DNA from: Parcubacteria group bacterium
Lineage (GTDB): Bacteria; Patescibacteriota; Minisyncoccia; Phycocordibacterales; UBA2135
DNA length: 64,000 nt
Reading direction: 5' to 3'
NCBI GenBank assembly: GCA_016180525.1
Contig: JACPBB010000002.1
Location: forward strand, 225,044-289,043
Below the pieces are notes generated by a model. The model saw only the letters and a list, made by a program, of their open reading frames with translations, was not told the origin of the DNA and made no database searches. The stretch's first letter is position 1; each line of letters starts with the position of its first letter. This document shows positions 1 through 8,557 of the stretch, piece after piece. The position numbers and the translations under genes were made by a program.

Positions 1-321
1 GCTGCCATCAGCATCCAGCGCTCACAGCGTGACACAAAGCGTCAACGAGACGCTTCAGCGCAAATTCAGGAAGTTGCAGTTGATGTTGTTCGCGACACTG
101 TACTTGCCGCTAAAGAGAGCGAAGGCGACGTCCTTTCTCAGGTTGAGAAGTTGGCGGCGATGACTATTAAAATGACTGAGACGATGGAACTTGCCCAGGT
201 AAAGGAGCGCGAAAGTGCGGAAAAACGGAGAGAGGCGGGCGCGATTCTCGCAGAACTCGTAGCGAAGATGTCTGCGAAGGAAAAAGAATTTACGGTTCAG
301 CCGCTTTCGGTGAATTCATAA
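1..321 (+). CDS. 3' end of a CDS (C-terminal 106 aa), truncated by the window start; product unknown, charged/coiled-coil-like
   Basis: Frame 1 is open from the window edge to TAA at 319-321. It is absent from the ORF track because it has no in-window start. A hairpin plus T-tract follows at about 330-380. Confidence 0.4.
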   Translation, partial: AAISIQRSQRDTKRQRDASAQIQEVAVDVVRDTVLAAKESEGDVLSQVEKLAAMTIKMTETMELAQVKERESAEKRREAGAILAELVAKMSAKEKEFTVQPLSVNS

Positions 322-440
322 ACATTAAAACCAAAGCCCATATCGTGAAAATGATATCGGGCTTTTTATTTTTTAAAATTAATATATGAAAAAACCCAGC
401 GTTGGTGTAGCACCTACGCTGGGCGTTAATTATCTAACCC

Positions 441-1145
441 TTACTTTCCGGTTCGGACAAACTCAATCGTCTTGAGGTCCACTTCGTGGCCGGCATATGC
501 CTGGAACCAGCCGGTCTCTTTGTCCATCTCAACAACATAGAGGCTTAATCCTTCATCAGTCTCTGCAATGAAGTCCCAGTAATCAATCTTGCTTTCTTTC
601 TTTCCATCACTCGTATGCTCCGTTACAACAGCGGCGTGCTCTTCCTTGATATCGCCGGGCCGAGCAAACGACAGCCCCCCAACATCATCTACCGGAAGCT
701 TCCCACGCTTTAATTTACCATGCGCACCCTTATCATATTTACATTCAAATTGTGGCACTAAAAGATAGGAACTTGCTCCCTCAACGACTGAATCATGTTT
801 TCCGCGCGGCACAATGCGGAGCAGAAGCCACACGGCGTCGTCGTCTGTCTTTGCACCCCGCCTGTCTACCAAGAGATAGTCAGCAAACAAATACCGCTCA
901 TCACTAATAGTGCGTGCCGTGACGTTTATGGCATCAACTGCAAAGTGACTTTCTTTATACTCATCCATTCGGACAAGCGCGACGTCTCCGAGTGAGAGGT
1001 CAAGAGGATTGTATTCAATGAGTGCTCGCTTTACTTCGCGAACTCCCGCTTCTACCGCGTCCGTGACAACCTCTGTTGTCTTTTTGGCGCCCCGCATTGC
1101 TTGTTTCAACATTTCAAACGGAGTCATTTTTTCGGTACCGCTCAT
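441..1145 (-). CDS. Hypothetical soluble protein (234 aa); distal gene of a 3-gene minus-strand operon
   Basis: Long ORF whose start ATG overlaps the upstream gene's stop (ATGA at 1142-1145). A hairpin CCCAGCGT/ACGCTGGG plus T-run terminator lies just 3' at 386-420. No recognisable catalytic motif. Confidence 0.5.
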   Translation of the reverse strand: MSGTEKMTPFEMLKQAMRGAKKTTEVVTDAVEAGVREVKRALIEYNPLDLSLGDVALVRMDEYKESHFAVDAINVTARTISDERYLFADYLLVDRRGAKTDDDAVWLLLRIVPRGKHDSVVEGASSYLLVPQFECKYDKGAHGKLKRGKLPVDDVGGLSFARPGDIKEEHAAVVTEHTSDGKKESKIDYWDFIAETDEGLSLYVVEMDKETGWFQAYAGHEVDLKTIEFVRTGK

Positions 1146-2044
1146 GCATCTCTCCTGCGGATGTTAAATTTATGGAAGAATACGACGTACACAAGAGATC
1201 CGCCAAGAAGCAATGTAATGATTGTCGTCCACACGTATGTTGATAGGCTGGAAGACTCCTTAGCCTTTTCCGCGGCAACCTCGTCTTTGTAGACGAGATC
1301 CCTGTCTTTCTCTAACTCCTTCGGAACATATGTCGGATCTTTCTTAACACCAGTATCTTCAAGCGCCTTGAGGCGCTTGTCCATATCGGCGTCTTTTTGC
1401 TTGAGTTCTGCAAGACGGTTCGGGTCCATTGAGTCGCGATGGTTATAGACAAACCGGTCTCGCTCATGTGAGTTTTGGCTCATGAGCCATATCCAGAACC
1501 ACGGACTGATGCCATCGTTGTAGTGATGAACAACCGTTTGTCCGCTGGACTGATAATTGCTACCGAATCGCTCTGAGGCGCGCCTTTCGCGCGTTTGCCA
1601 GTCATTTTTTGAATAATCACGTGGCATTGCCGCGTTCTTTGTCTCCGGCTTCGGAGACGGCCTGTAGACTGGAGTTTCTTTAGCCGCGGGCTTTGGCGGA
1701 TTTGCTTTCTCAAACGCTGCTTTCGACTGCTCTTTCTTGACGCTCTTTAGGGCGCTGCTGTCATATGAAGATGATTTTGACGGCGTTGGAGATTTGCTGG
1801 GAGCGCTGAAAAAAGGCTTTGAAGCTGATGGACTTGTCGATGGTTTGTAGCTTGGCGTCGACGATCGCGACGGACTGCTTTTAAACGACGGCGATGAACG
1901 TGAAGGACTGCTTTTAAATGACGGAGAAGACTTGAAGCCACCACCACCGCCCCTAAATCCACCACCCTTAGCAAAGGAAACGGCGGGAGCAAGAACAATT
2001 GTCGCCGCAACGAGTGCGACGAGGCACTTCTTGAGGATGTTCAT
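1142..2044 (-). CDS. Secreted low-complexity Ser/Pro-rich protein with N-terminal signal peptide and C-terminal TM anchor
   Basis: The start is taken at MNILKKCLVALVAATIVLAPAVSFA (signal-peptide-like) rather than the track's upstream Met. Contains GGGFRGGGGGFKSSPSFKSSPSRSSPSFKSSPSRS repeats and a C-terminal hydrophobic segment TTIITLLLGGSLVYVVFF. Confidence 0.5.
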   Translation of the reverse strand: MNILKKCLVALVAATIVLAPAVSFAKGGGFRGGGGGFKSSPSFKSSPSRSSPSFKSSPSRSSTPSYKPSTSPSASKPFFSAPSKSPTPSKSSSYDSSALKSVKKEQSKAAFEKANPPKPAAKETPVYRPSPKPETKNAAMPRDYSKNDWQTRERRASERFGSNYQSSGQTVVHHYNDGISPWFWIWLMSQNSHERDRFVYNHRDSMDPNRLAELKQKDADMDKRLKALEDTGVKKDPTYVPKELEKDRDLVYKDEVAAEKAKESSSLSTYVWTTIITLLLGGSLVYVVFFHKFNIRRRDA

Positions 2045-2057
2045 GTGGGCCTCCTTC

Positions 2058-2921
2058 CTAGCCTGCAAGGTGAACGAACATGACGGTAATTGCGACAGAC
2101 AGGGTTCCGTCAACAAAGCCAACGCCCCAATTTCTGTCAGCCGTCATTTCTTTGCGCATCCGCGCACCAGGAATAATGATATAGTTCACGACAAGTCGCA
2201 GCACTGTCATCACAAAGAGCCAGATACCCACGTAAAGCACAACGTCCAGAAGATCGCTCGTCCAGCTTTCAAACTGCCCAGTGAGGGCGCCTCCAAGTGC
2301 CATGCCAGCCGCGATAAGCAAACCACCCATCGAGAATGCGACAGCTGTGTTTTGGTTCGCGATCTCATCGGCGGCGTTTGGCACCACAAACCGATAAAGA
2401 TACGCAACGGTGACGAGCAAGCCTTGTCCGAGCGCAAACCACACGACTTCCGTCGTGAACTTGTCTTCGCTTCCGGCAAATGCTCCCGAAAAGATAAAGG
2501 CCGTCGCCGCAAGAGTTGACGCCTCAATGATTCCGACAGCGGTATTCCGCTTTCCCACAACCTCGGCTGTGTTTGAAACTTTGCTCAAGATGCACTTGTC
2601 GTTTACCCACATTGAAATCCACAACAGCACAATAACTGTAACGAGCGACTCTCCCAGTACTGCCATGTCGTAGAGCCACCCGAGTCCGCTTGGCTTGGCG
2701 ATGCCGATAAACGCGACAATCGTCGCAAAGAGCATGCCAGCGAGCCGGATGAGTACTGCTGGGTTATCAGACTCCACTGCTTCTTGTGTGAAACTGTATT
2801 TGTGCACGACTCTGGCCTCTATGCCAAAGACGACACGGGAAACAATCACTGCCACCATTGAAACAATGATGATTGGAAGTACCTGCGATACGAGCAGGGA
2901 TCCAAGTTCTGCAAGCGTCAT
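2058..2921 (-). CDS. Polytopic membrane protein with three to four repeats of an N-x-A-V motif followed by a Gly-rich TM segment (DUF350-like repeats)
   Basis: Repeats: DNPAVLIRLAGMLFATIVAFIG, RNTAVGIIEASTLAATAFIFSG, QNTAVAFSMGGLLIAAGMALGG. First gene of the operon, downstream of a sigma70-like promoter. Confidence 0.45.
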   Translation of the reverse strand: MTLAELGSLLVSQVLPIIIVSMVAVIVSRVVFGIEARVVHKYSFTQEAVESDNPAVLIRLAGMLFATIVAFIGIAKPSGLGWLYDMAVLGESLVTVIVLLWISMWVNDKCILSKVSNTAEVVGKRNTAVGIIEASTLAATAFIFSGAFAGSEDKFTTEVVWFALGQGLLVTVAYLYRFVVPNAADEIANQNTAVAFSMGGLLIAAGMALGGALTGQFESWTSDLLDVVLYVGIWLFVMTVLRLVVNYIIIPGARMRKEMTADRNWGVGFVDGTLSVAITVMFVHLAG

Positions 2922-2989
2922 TGTAAACCCTCCTTTTAAGGGTTATTTGTTAAGGAACCGAGGACAGACTATTCTGTCCCACGAACAAC

Positions 2990-3054
2990 ATATTAGCAAT
3001 ATTATGTATTTTTGTCAAATAATATTTGACAAATAAACAATAGTATGATAAATT
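2990..3054. promoter_or_regulatory. Divergent promoter built on a 21-bp perfect palindrome TTGTCAAATAATATTTGACAA (3012-3032)
   Basis: Minus direction: -35 TTGACA (rc of 3013-3018), 17-bp spacer, -10 TAATAT (rc of 2990-2995). Plus direction: TTGACA at 3026-3031 with an A/T-rich -10 candidate 12-17 bp downstream. It sits between the divergent membrane-protein operon and the K+ channel gene. Confidence 0.45.
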
Positions 3055-3080
3055 AGATAATAGATGCTACGGTTCTGCGG

Positions 3081-4160
3081 ATGAAGGGTGTTGAAAGGAG
3101 GGGCGTGCCGATGTTTTTGAAGCTATACCGGCGGCTAAGCCGCATAAGCAGCCGCGCGCTGCTCTTCACTCTTCCGGTACTCTTCTGCGCCACATGGTTT
3201 TTGATGTGGAGGTTTGAAGGGCCGGTACCGATTGTCTCCCCGGGAGTGTACTGGTGGTATTTCATCGTCACTGCGGCAACGGTCGGGTACGGTGATTTTA
3301 CTCCGGTGACACTCGGTGGGCGCATTGTTGGCGCCACAATTATGCTCGGAGGCATCGGGATCCTCGCCGGACTGCTTGGCAAAATAGCCGAGTCCGTCAT
3401 CCGCTTCTCAAAATGGAGGGAGTCTGGAATGTTGCCACTTGACGCGAAAGACCACATTGTGGTTTTCGGATACCGAAAAGGTGAAACTGAGGAAGTCTTC
3501 AGAGAGTTGCTTGCGGATATAGATGTTCGGAAAACACACGTTGTGCTCTGCTCAAGCAGCGAAAAAACAAATCCGCTTTTGAGGCACAAAGAATTTAAAA
3601 CCGTTGAATTTGTTCACGGAGATCTTTCGTCGGAAGATGTCATGAAGCGGGCGTGCGTGGGAAGCGCGGCAAAAGTCGTTGTTCACGGACACTCGGATGA
3701 TCAAACGTTTGCTGTCGGCGTTGCCGCAAACGCAGAAATGCAGAAGAGCGCGCACATGGTTGCGTATTTTCATGACCCGCACAGAGCGTCGCTCTTACAG
3801 AAGGTTAACCCGCACATTAAATGTCAATCCTCGCTCTCCGTGCCGCTTTTGGTTCTTGAAACGCAGGAGCCGGGCTCTACAGAGATTGTGAGACAAATTC
3901 TCTCCCACTTGGATGGAGACACGGCATTTAGGTGTGATATTCCAAAAGATGTTACTTCCGTCTCTTACATGGATATGTTTGTATTCCTAAAGCGGAAATA
4001 CAACGCAGTGCTCATTGGTACCGCGGAGTCCCACGACAGGAGCGCAAAAGTGAAATTGAATTCAGAGGCAGAGCCCATGATTTCGGGTGGGATGTCCATC
4101 TTTTATGTCGCTCCGTCTCGGCTGAAAAACATTAATTGGTTTGAAGCGATACAGGTTTAA
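3081..4160 (+). CDS. Potassium channel (2-TM pore with TVGYGD selectivity filter) fused to a cytoplasmic RCK/TrkA-N domain
   Basis: ATVGYGDFTP signature sequence. Rossmann-like HIVVFGYRKGE after the pore. The start may be the internal Met at about 3111. Terminator hairpin at 4168-4196. Confidence 0.8.
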   Translation: MKGVERRGVPMFLKLYRRLSRISSRALLFTLPVLFCATWFLMWRFEGPVPIVSPGVYWWYFIVTAATVGYGDFTPVTLGGRIVGATIMLGGIGILAGLLGKIAESVIRFSKWRESGMLPLDAKDHIVVFGYRKGETEEVFRELLADIDVRKTHVVLCSSSEKTNPLLRHKEFKTVEFVHGDLSSEDVMKRACVGSAAKVVVHGHSDDQTFAVGVAANAEMQKSAHMVAYFHDPHRASLLQKVNPHIKCQSSLSVPLLVLETQEPGSTEIVRQILSHLDGDTAFRCDIPKDVTSVSYMDMFVFLKRKYNAVLIGTAESHDRSAKVKLNSEAEPMISGGMSIFYVAPSRLKNINWFEAIQV

Positions 4161-4256
4161 TATTGTTGGAGCCGTCTCGGAAGAGGCGGCTTTTTTCATG
4201 ATTGAACAAACAGAACGTAAAAAGCCGCTCTAATCGCGTGTAGAGCGGCTGTTATA

Positions 4257-4778
4257 TTATTTTTCAACTCTCGGCGTGTGTCCGGGTCCCGTAACGCGGG
4301 TTGAGAGGGTGAGGTCTGCATAGAGGTCGTAGGCCTGTCCGAATCCTTTCACATACCGCACTACTCCGGTTGGTGTCAGGCAAAACAATTTAAAATCTGC
4401 AAGCTTCGGCATTTCGTCAAATATTTTTCCAAATTTTTTACGGAAAAGCGCGAGGGTTGTCTCATACAGGCTGTATTCTCGGGAAATCATAACTGCTCTG
4501 CAGAGCATCTCAATCCGATGTCTCGCGAATATATTTTTTGATTCGCACTCATCTGCAATAAGCAGAACACTTACTTGCTTCGTTTCCAAAATGTCTCCTG
4601 TGCGAGGCACGGTCGTGCTCAAGAAGACATAAAAACTGGTGCCGCTTTTTACAAACGGAGCGTAGCTTGCAGTGGGTTTTCCCTCCGCACTAGATGTTGC
4701 GAGTATGAGCGTTTTTCTTTTCTCAACAAATTCACGCACTTCTTTATCAATGTCAGCGCTCTCGGGTATTTTGGACAT
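4257..4778 (-). CDS. Pyridoxamine 5'-phosphate oxidase-like FMN-binding split-barrel family protein
   Basis: KTLILATSSAEGKPTASYAPFV is typical of the PNPOx-like / HugZ-like fold. Size 173 aa. Confidence 0.5.
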   Translation of the reverse strand: MSKIPESADIDKEVREFVEKRKTLILATSSAEGKPTASYAPFVKSGTSFYVFLSTTVPRTGDILETKQVSVLLIADECESKNIFARHRIEMLCRAVMISREYSLYETTLALFRKKFGKIFDEMPKLADFKLFCLTPTGVVRYVKGFGQAYDLYADLTLSTRVTGPGHTPRVEK

Positions 4779-4864
4779 TAGGCTCCAACATTTTTGATTC
4801 TACATATTATTATAATCTATTAGCAAAGATACTGTCGAGAGAGTCTCACGTTCTATTAAAGAGT

Positions 4865-5557
4865 GTGGGATTAATCCTCGACAATAACTATTTTGGGTGT
4901 ATAACAAAAAGAGACACATACACAAGGGACAAATATATGCGTACACGCGGCAGACGAAATAAGGAATCACAACTGACGGATGAATTGCGCTGCGAAATGA
5001 TTTTTTACGCAACTACGCATAATTATTCGGACGCTGAGCGTTATGAGCGTTTTGCGATTGATTGCAAGCTTGATAAAAAAGCGCTTGAAATCGGTGCGGT
5101 GGTGAGGGGTCTCGTTTCAGACCTGCGCGAACGCGGAAGGCCGCCAGTTCAGATATTGGAGACCGCTTCCGCCACGGGACTTACCGCCGTCGGAGTTGTT
5201 GCAGAACTCACAAGGGCTCGTATCATGTGTATATACACCTCGCTTGATGCAGAACAGAATCTTCTCAATTATGCTTGCGCGCGCGGCAGGGGGCATAAAT
5301 TTGTTCAGGGTGATTTTGAAGCGCTACCATTTAGCGATGAAATATTTGATGTGTACATCATGATGGGCGCGGCTGGATATCGGCCGAAAGGAACGTTTTA
5401 CAGCGAAGCATACCGTGTTCTGCGTAGCGGCGGCTACTATGTGATGCCACAGATTGGCCCGCAGCCGACGGTAAGCGAGCGGGAAAAAGCCGATGCGATG
5501 AGTGCTGGATTTATTATTATTCGCGCGGATAATTATCTCATTGCGCAGAAAAGTTAA
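4865..5557 (+). CDS. Class I SAM-dependent methyltransferase
   Basis: Motif I-like ILETASATGLTAVGV and post-I acidic FDVYIMMGA. The true start may be a downstream Met. Confidence 0.55.
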   Translation: MGLILDNNYFGCITKRDTYTRDKYMRTRGRRNKESQLTDELRCEMIFYATTHNYSDAERYERFAIDCKLDKKALEIGAVVRGLVSDLRERGRPPVQILETASATGLTAVGVVAELTRARIMCIYTSLDAEQNLLNYACARGRGHKFVQGDFEALPFSDEIFDVYIMMGAAGYRPKGTFYSEAYRVLRSGGYYVMPQIGPQPTVSEREKADAMSAGFIIIRADNYLIAQKS

Positions 5558-5630
5558 TCAAGAACAGTAAAGCCCGACCATTCAGTCGGGTTTTTGTATA
5601 CAGCGAAGAAGTATTGTTTTGTGGAGATTG

Positions 5631-5762
5631 ATGAATGACGTTAGAACCTCTTTGGTTAAATCGAGAGATAGCGCGCAAATAAACGGTTTGATAGAATGTG
5701 TCAAAATATTTGAATCGCAGGTTGTCTAGGTGAGATACGTGGAAGAAGTTAGAACCTGGTAG
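5631..5762 (+). repeat. Direct repeat R1, about 132 bp
   Basis: About 90% identical to R2 (7287-7425). Both contain GTTAGAACC twice and a 32-codon open frame MNDVRTSLVKSRDSAQING.... Confidence 0.8.
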
Positions 5763-5833
5763 TTTTTCAAAAGAAAAAGGCACGACCCGTTGTGGATCGT
5801 GCCTACAGTTTTGATCACAGAGGATTGTGCAAC

Positions 5834-7126
5834 TTACATCAACTGCATCATCCTATCGTAGTCGTTGGCAAGTGCATCCTGCCGAATGAGTCGCTGGGTG
5901 TGGTCAATCTCGATGCGATAGCCCTGCACGAGACAAGTCTCCTGACTATCGGCACCGCCAGTCTTGGTTGGATCACCGACGAGCTCGTAGGCATTCGCTT
6001 CTTTGGGGAGCACAGTCTGCGCCTCGCGGATGTCGTAGCGGAAGATTGGGACGGGGTAGTTCGACTCGGTGTAAAACCGGGCGAGTTCTCCCACCTTCTC
6101 CATTGACGTGACACGGAACTCCGGCTCGTAACTATCCGCGCTGGCTCCCTTCTTCTGGAACTGCGTGAACCATGTCTTGTCCGGCATTTGCATCAGGACG
6201 AAGAGCCCGTCGGGTGTGCGGTCGAGACCGCTTGGCTCGAAAAGCTCTTGCCAATGCTTGCGCAACAACCGACGTGCATCGGGACCGTCTTGAACTTTAC
6301 CGACCGGACCCGGACGAACTCCGAGCAGTCGCACACCGTTCCACCACTCGTGGATACCGACGTCGCACGCCCAGCTCGGCAATTGCATGCCGTTCTGATG
6401 ATGGATGAGACCAATCCCACCGATCGAGGTGAGATGTGCGAAGGCAAGACCCGGCTCGATATCGCGACACCAGTACGGCAAGTTGCCCGGCTCCTCGACA
6501 TCAATGATGTGGGGATCGCCGACCTCTTTGCTTGCCTGCTTCTGGTAGTACTGACGAGCCAGCGCAGCGTGACGCGTGATGTACTCGTGCGCTTGCGGAC
6601 CAAGCCGTGCCACCAGCAAAGCATCGCGACTTGCGTCGCTCGCTCGCCGGTAACCAGTCGGAGCTCGAAACTGCTGGTCGCCCCAGCGGTTGCGGTACTC
6701 CTCGTAGTCGATGATCGACACGTCGCCGTATTCGCCACGAGCCAACTTGTCGAACTCCACCTGCGAGATACGTCCGCCGCGATGATTGCGCGACTTGTCA
6801 TCGAACTCGTAGCGGTAGGCGTCGAGGATTCCTTGCAGTGTCGACATCGGACCGATACCATGCGCGACGATGATCGACGTACGACCAGCCAGCACGCCGA
6901 AGTACTCGGCCGTCAGGGTGGTGTAGTAGCGATCCCACGGCGTGGGGTTCGAGGAGTTAGTCATTCCCAACTCCTTGTATGGAGGAGTTACGAGCCGCAT
7001 CGCGATCGCATCCGGCATGGTGCCGATGTGACCGTCTTTTCCAGCGAACTTGCTTGCTTGCTTGAACGCCGGAACGAAGCCTTTTTCGTGATAAAAGGCC
7101 ATTGAACCGCCAGCTTTCTTACTCAT
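5834..7126 (-). CDS. Hypothetical protein (430 aa) in a compositionally foreign high-GC island
   Basis: Start ATG at 7124-7126, preceded by GGAGAG at a 6-nt spacing. GC is visibly about 58-60% versus about 40% around it. Its own GC-rich terminator GGCACGACCCGTTGTGGATCGTGCC lies at 5781-5805. No recognised domain. Confidence 0.55.
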   Translation of the reverse strand: MSKKAGGSMAFYHEKGFVPAFKQASKFAGKDGHIGTMPDAIAMRLVTPPYKELGMTNSSNPTPWDRYYTTLTAEYFGVLAGRTSIIVAHGIGPMSTLQGILDAYRYEFDDKSRNHRGGRISQVEFDKLARGEYGDVSIIDYEEYRNRWGDQQFRAPTGYRRASDASRDALLVARLGPQAHEYITRHAALARQYYQKQASKEVGDPHIIDVEEPGNLPYWCRDIEPGLAFAHLTSIGGIGLIHHQNGMQLPSWACDVGIHEWWNGVRLLGVRPGPVGKVQDGPDARRLLRKHWQELFEPSGLDRTPDGLFVLMQMPDKTWFTQFQKKGASADSYEPEFRVTSMEKVGELARFYTESNYPVPIFRYDIREAQTVLPKEANAYELVGDPTKTGGADSQETCLVQGYRIEIDHTQRLIRQDALANDYDRMMQLM

Positions 7127-7255
7127 TGAGTACTCTCCTTTTTTCCGTGTTTGGGATTTGAAGGAACGGACGGGATTGTCCAAAAATATGATACCACGAA
7201 GTCTTGTATAAATCAATAGTGAGAAATATAGATAAAAACACCCAGAAAATCGGGG

Positions 7256-7425
7256 CATTTTTATTCTTCCATATTGTTCTACGGCTGTGGAGACTGATGA
7301 ATGACGTTAGAACCTCTTTGGTTAAATCGAGAGATAGCGCGCAAATAAACGCTTTGCTGGAATGTGTCAAAACATTTGAATCGAGTGTTGTTTAGGTGAG
7401 ATGCATGGAAGAAGTTAGAACCTGT
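7256..7425 (+). repeat. Direct repeat R2, with a 5' extension shared with R3
   Basis: 7287-7425 matches R1. 7256-7293 (TTTTTATTCTTCCATATTGTTCTACGGCTGTGGAGA) matches 8056-8092. R2 ends 33 nt before the CYTH gene start. Confidence 0.8.
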
Positions 7426-7458
7426 TGGTCGAAAGTGGTAAAATGAGGGAAAAGATTT

Positions 7459-8034
7459 ATGAATATAGAATACGAAGCTACATTTTTAGATGTGAATAAA
7501 GATGAAATGCGTAAGCGCCTGAAAGACGCTGGAGCTACTCTTGTACGACCAGAGTATTTACAGAGAAGAATCCCTTTTTACTTACCGGAAGGTAAGCGCT
7601 CAAAAGATGCATGGCTGCGAGTCCGCGACGAAGGAGACAAGATCACGTTGAGCTTAAAGATCGTTGCTGGTGAGAAAATTGAAGATCAAAAAGAAATCTG
7701 TCTTGTGGTTAATGATTTTGATGAAGCGGTAAAACTTCTTGAATCAATCGGCTGTGAAAAGAAATCTTACCAAGAGACTAGGCGTGAGCTCTGGGTTTTA
7801 GATAATGTCGAAATCACCATTGATGAATGGCCGTTTCTCGAACCCTTTGTTGAAGTAGAAGGACATTCAGAAGAAGAGGTAAAAAAGGTGTCAGAAAAAA
7901 TAGGATTCAACTACAGCGGTGCTCTTTTTTGTGCTGTCGGAAAACTGTACAAGATGAAATACGGAATCCATCCAGACGAGATCAATACAGTCGAGAAAAT
8001 AGTATTTGATATGAAAAACCCTTTCTTGAAATAA
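7459..8034 (+). CDS. CYTH-domain protein (CyaB-type class IV adenylyl cyclase / triphosphate tunnel metalloenzyme family)
   Basis: N-terminal EYEATFLDV resembles the E-x-E-x-K CYTH signature, with acidic clusters downstream. 191 aa. Hairpin terminator AAAACACCCTGATTTTCGGGGTGTTTTT at 8036-8063. Confidence 0.55.
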   Translation: MNIEYEATFLDVNKDEMRKRLKDAGATLVRPEYLQRRIPFYLPEGKRSKDAWLRVRDEGDKITLSLKIVAGEKIEDQKEICLVVNDFDEAVKLLESIGCEKKSYQETRRELWVLDNVEITIDEWPFLEPFVEVEGHSEEEVKKVSEKIGFNYSGALFCAVGKLYKMKYGIHPDEINTVEKIVFDMKNPFLK

Positions 8035-8055
8035 AAACACCCTGATTTTCGGGGT

Positions 8056-8092
8056 GTTTTTATTCTTCCATATTGTTCTACGTCTGTGGAGA
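8056..8092 (+). repeat. Partial third copy (R3) of the R-repeat 5' segment
   Basis: TTTTTATTCTTCCATATTGTTCTACGTCTGTGGAGA; the sequence diverges after GTGGAGA. Confidence 0.7.
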
Positions 8093-8490
8093 TGGGCAGA
8101 TTTGAACTGCCGTGCAAAAAGGATTTTTAATTGGTTCTACGCATGTAGAGTATTTTAATTTTAAGTATCGTGCGTAAAAAATATTCAAAATCGCACGGCA
8201 CCGAGTTTCTTCCGCCGAAGCGGATTTTGGAAAACAGCCGAAACAAACTATTTTCCTATTCCGAAAATATTATGCGTATATCTCTCTATCGGAAGTCAAG
8301 AGTATACACACCAACTATCGCAATTTATGCGTATGCTGGAGCAAAACCTACGCGGTCAACTCCGAAGAGCGACGCAAGCGCTGATTCCACTTTAGAAAAT
8401 AAGTTTGCACTTATTTATGTGGCCGGTTTACGAGTCAGCCAGCTCTATGCGCGCAATTAAAAATGTTCTTCTTGGCGATGCCTTTCATCC

Positions 8491-8557
8491 CCCTAAATCA
8501 CTCCGCCAGAGGCGGATGATTGGGCAAGCGTTTTCGCGAAGCGAAAAGCGCTTTAGC
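8491..8557 (+). repeat. Structured repeat E1 (paralog of E4 at 39560-39632)
   Basis: CCCTAAATCACTCCGCC-AGA-GGCGGATGATTGGGCAAGCGTTTTCGCGAAGCGAAAAGCGCTTTAGCC. The second hairpin differs from E4 by a compensatory C:G to T:A change. Confidence 0.6.

Noticed and set aside
5641-5739. 32-codon open frame conserved in both R repeats (also 7297-7395) as a small protein gene
   Set aside because: Most nucleotide differences between the two copies change amino acids (about four changes from about eight substitutions). There is no convincing SD. It is more likely a chance-open frame in a conserved non-coding element. It is kept only as a remark.
6188-7105. Long overlapping ORFs on both strands (6188-7105 +, 6193-6861 -, 6172-6408 +) inside the 5834-7126 gene
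   Set aside because: They lie within the high-GC island, where stop codons are rare in all frames. Only the minus-strand 430-aa frame has an SD and a terminator. The others are treated as composition artefacts.
5631-7425. R1/R2 repeats as integron attC sites
   Set aside because: There is no integrase, and no attC-like imperfect inverted-repeat architecture or GTTRRRY core at the boundaries. The cargo genes are in opposite orientations.
8170-8460. 96-aa ORF between the R3 repeat fragment and E1
   Set aside because: Poor start context, low-complexity sequence, and its 3' end runs straight into repeat E1. Weak support, so it is not called.
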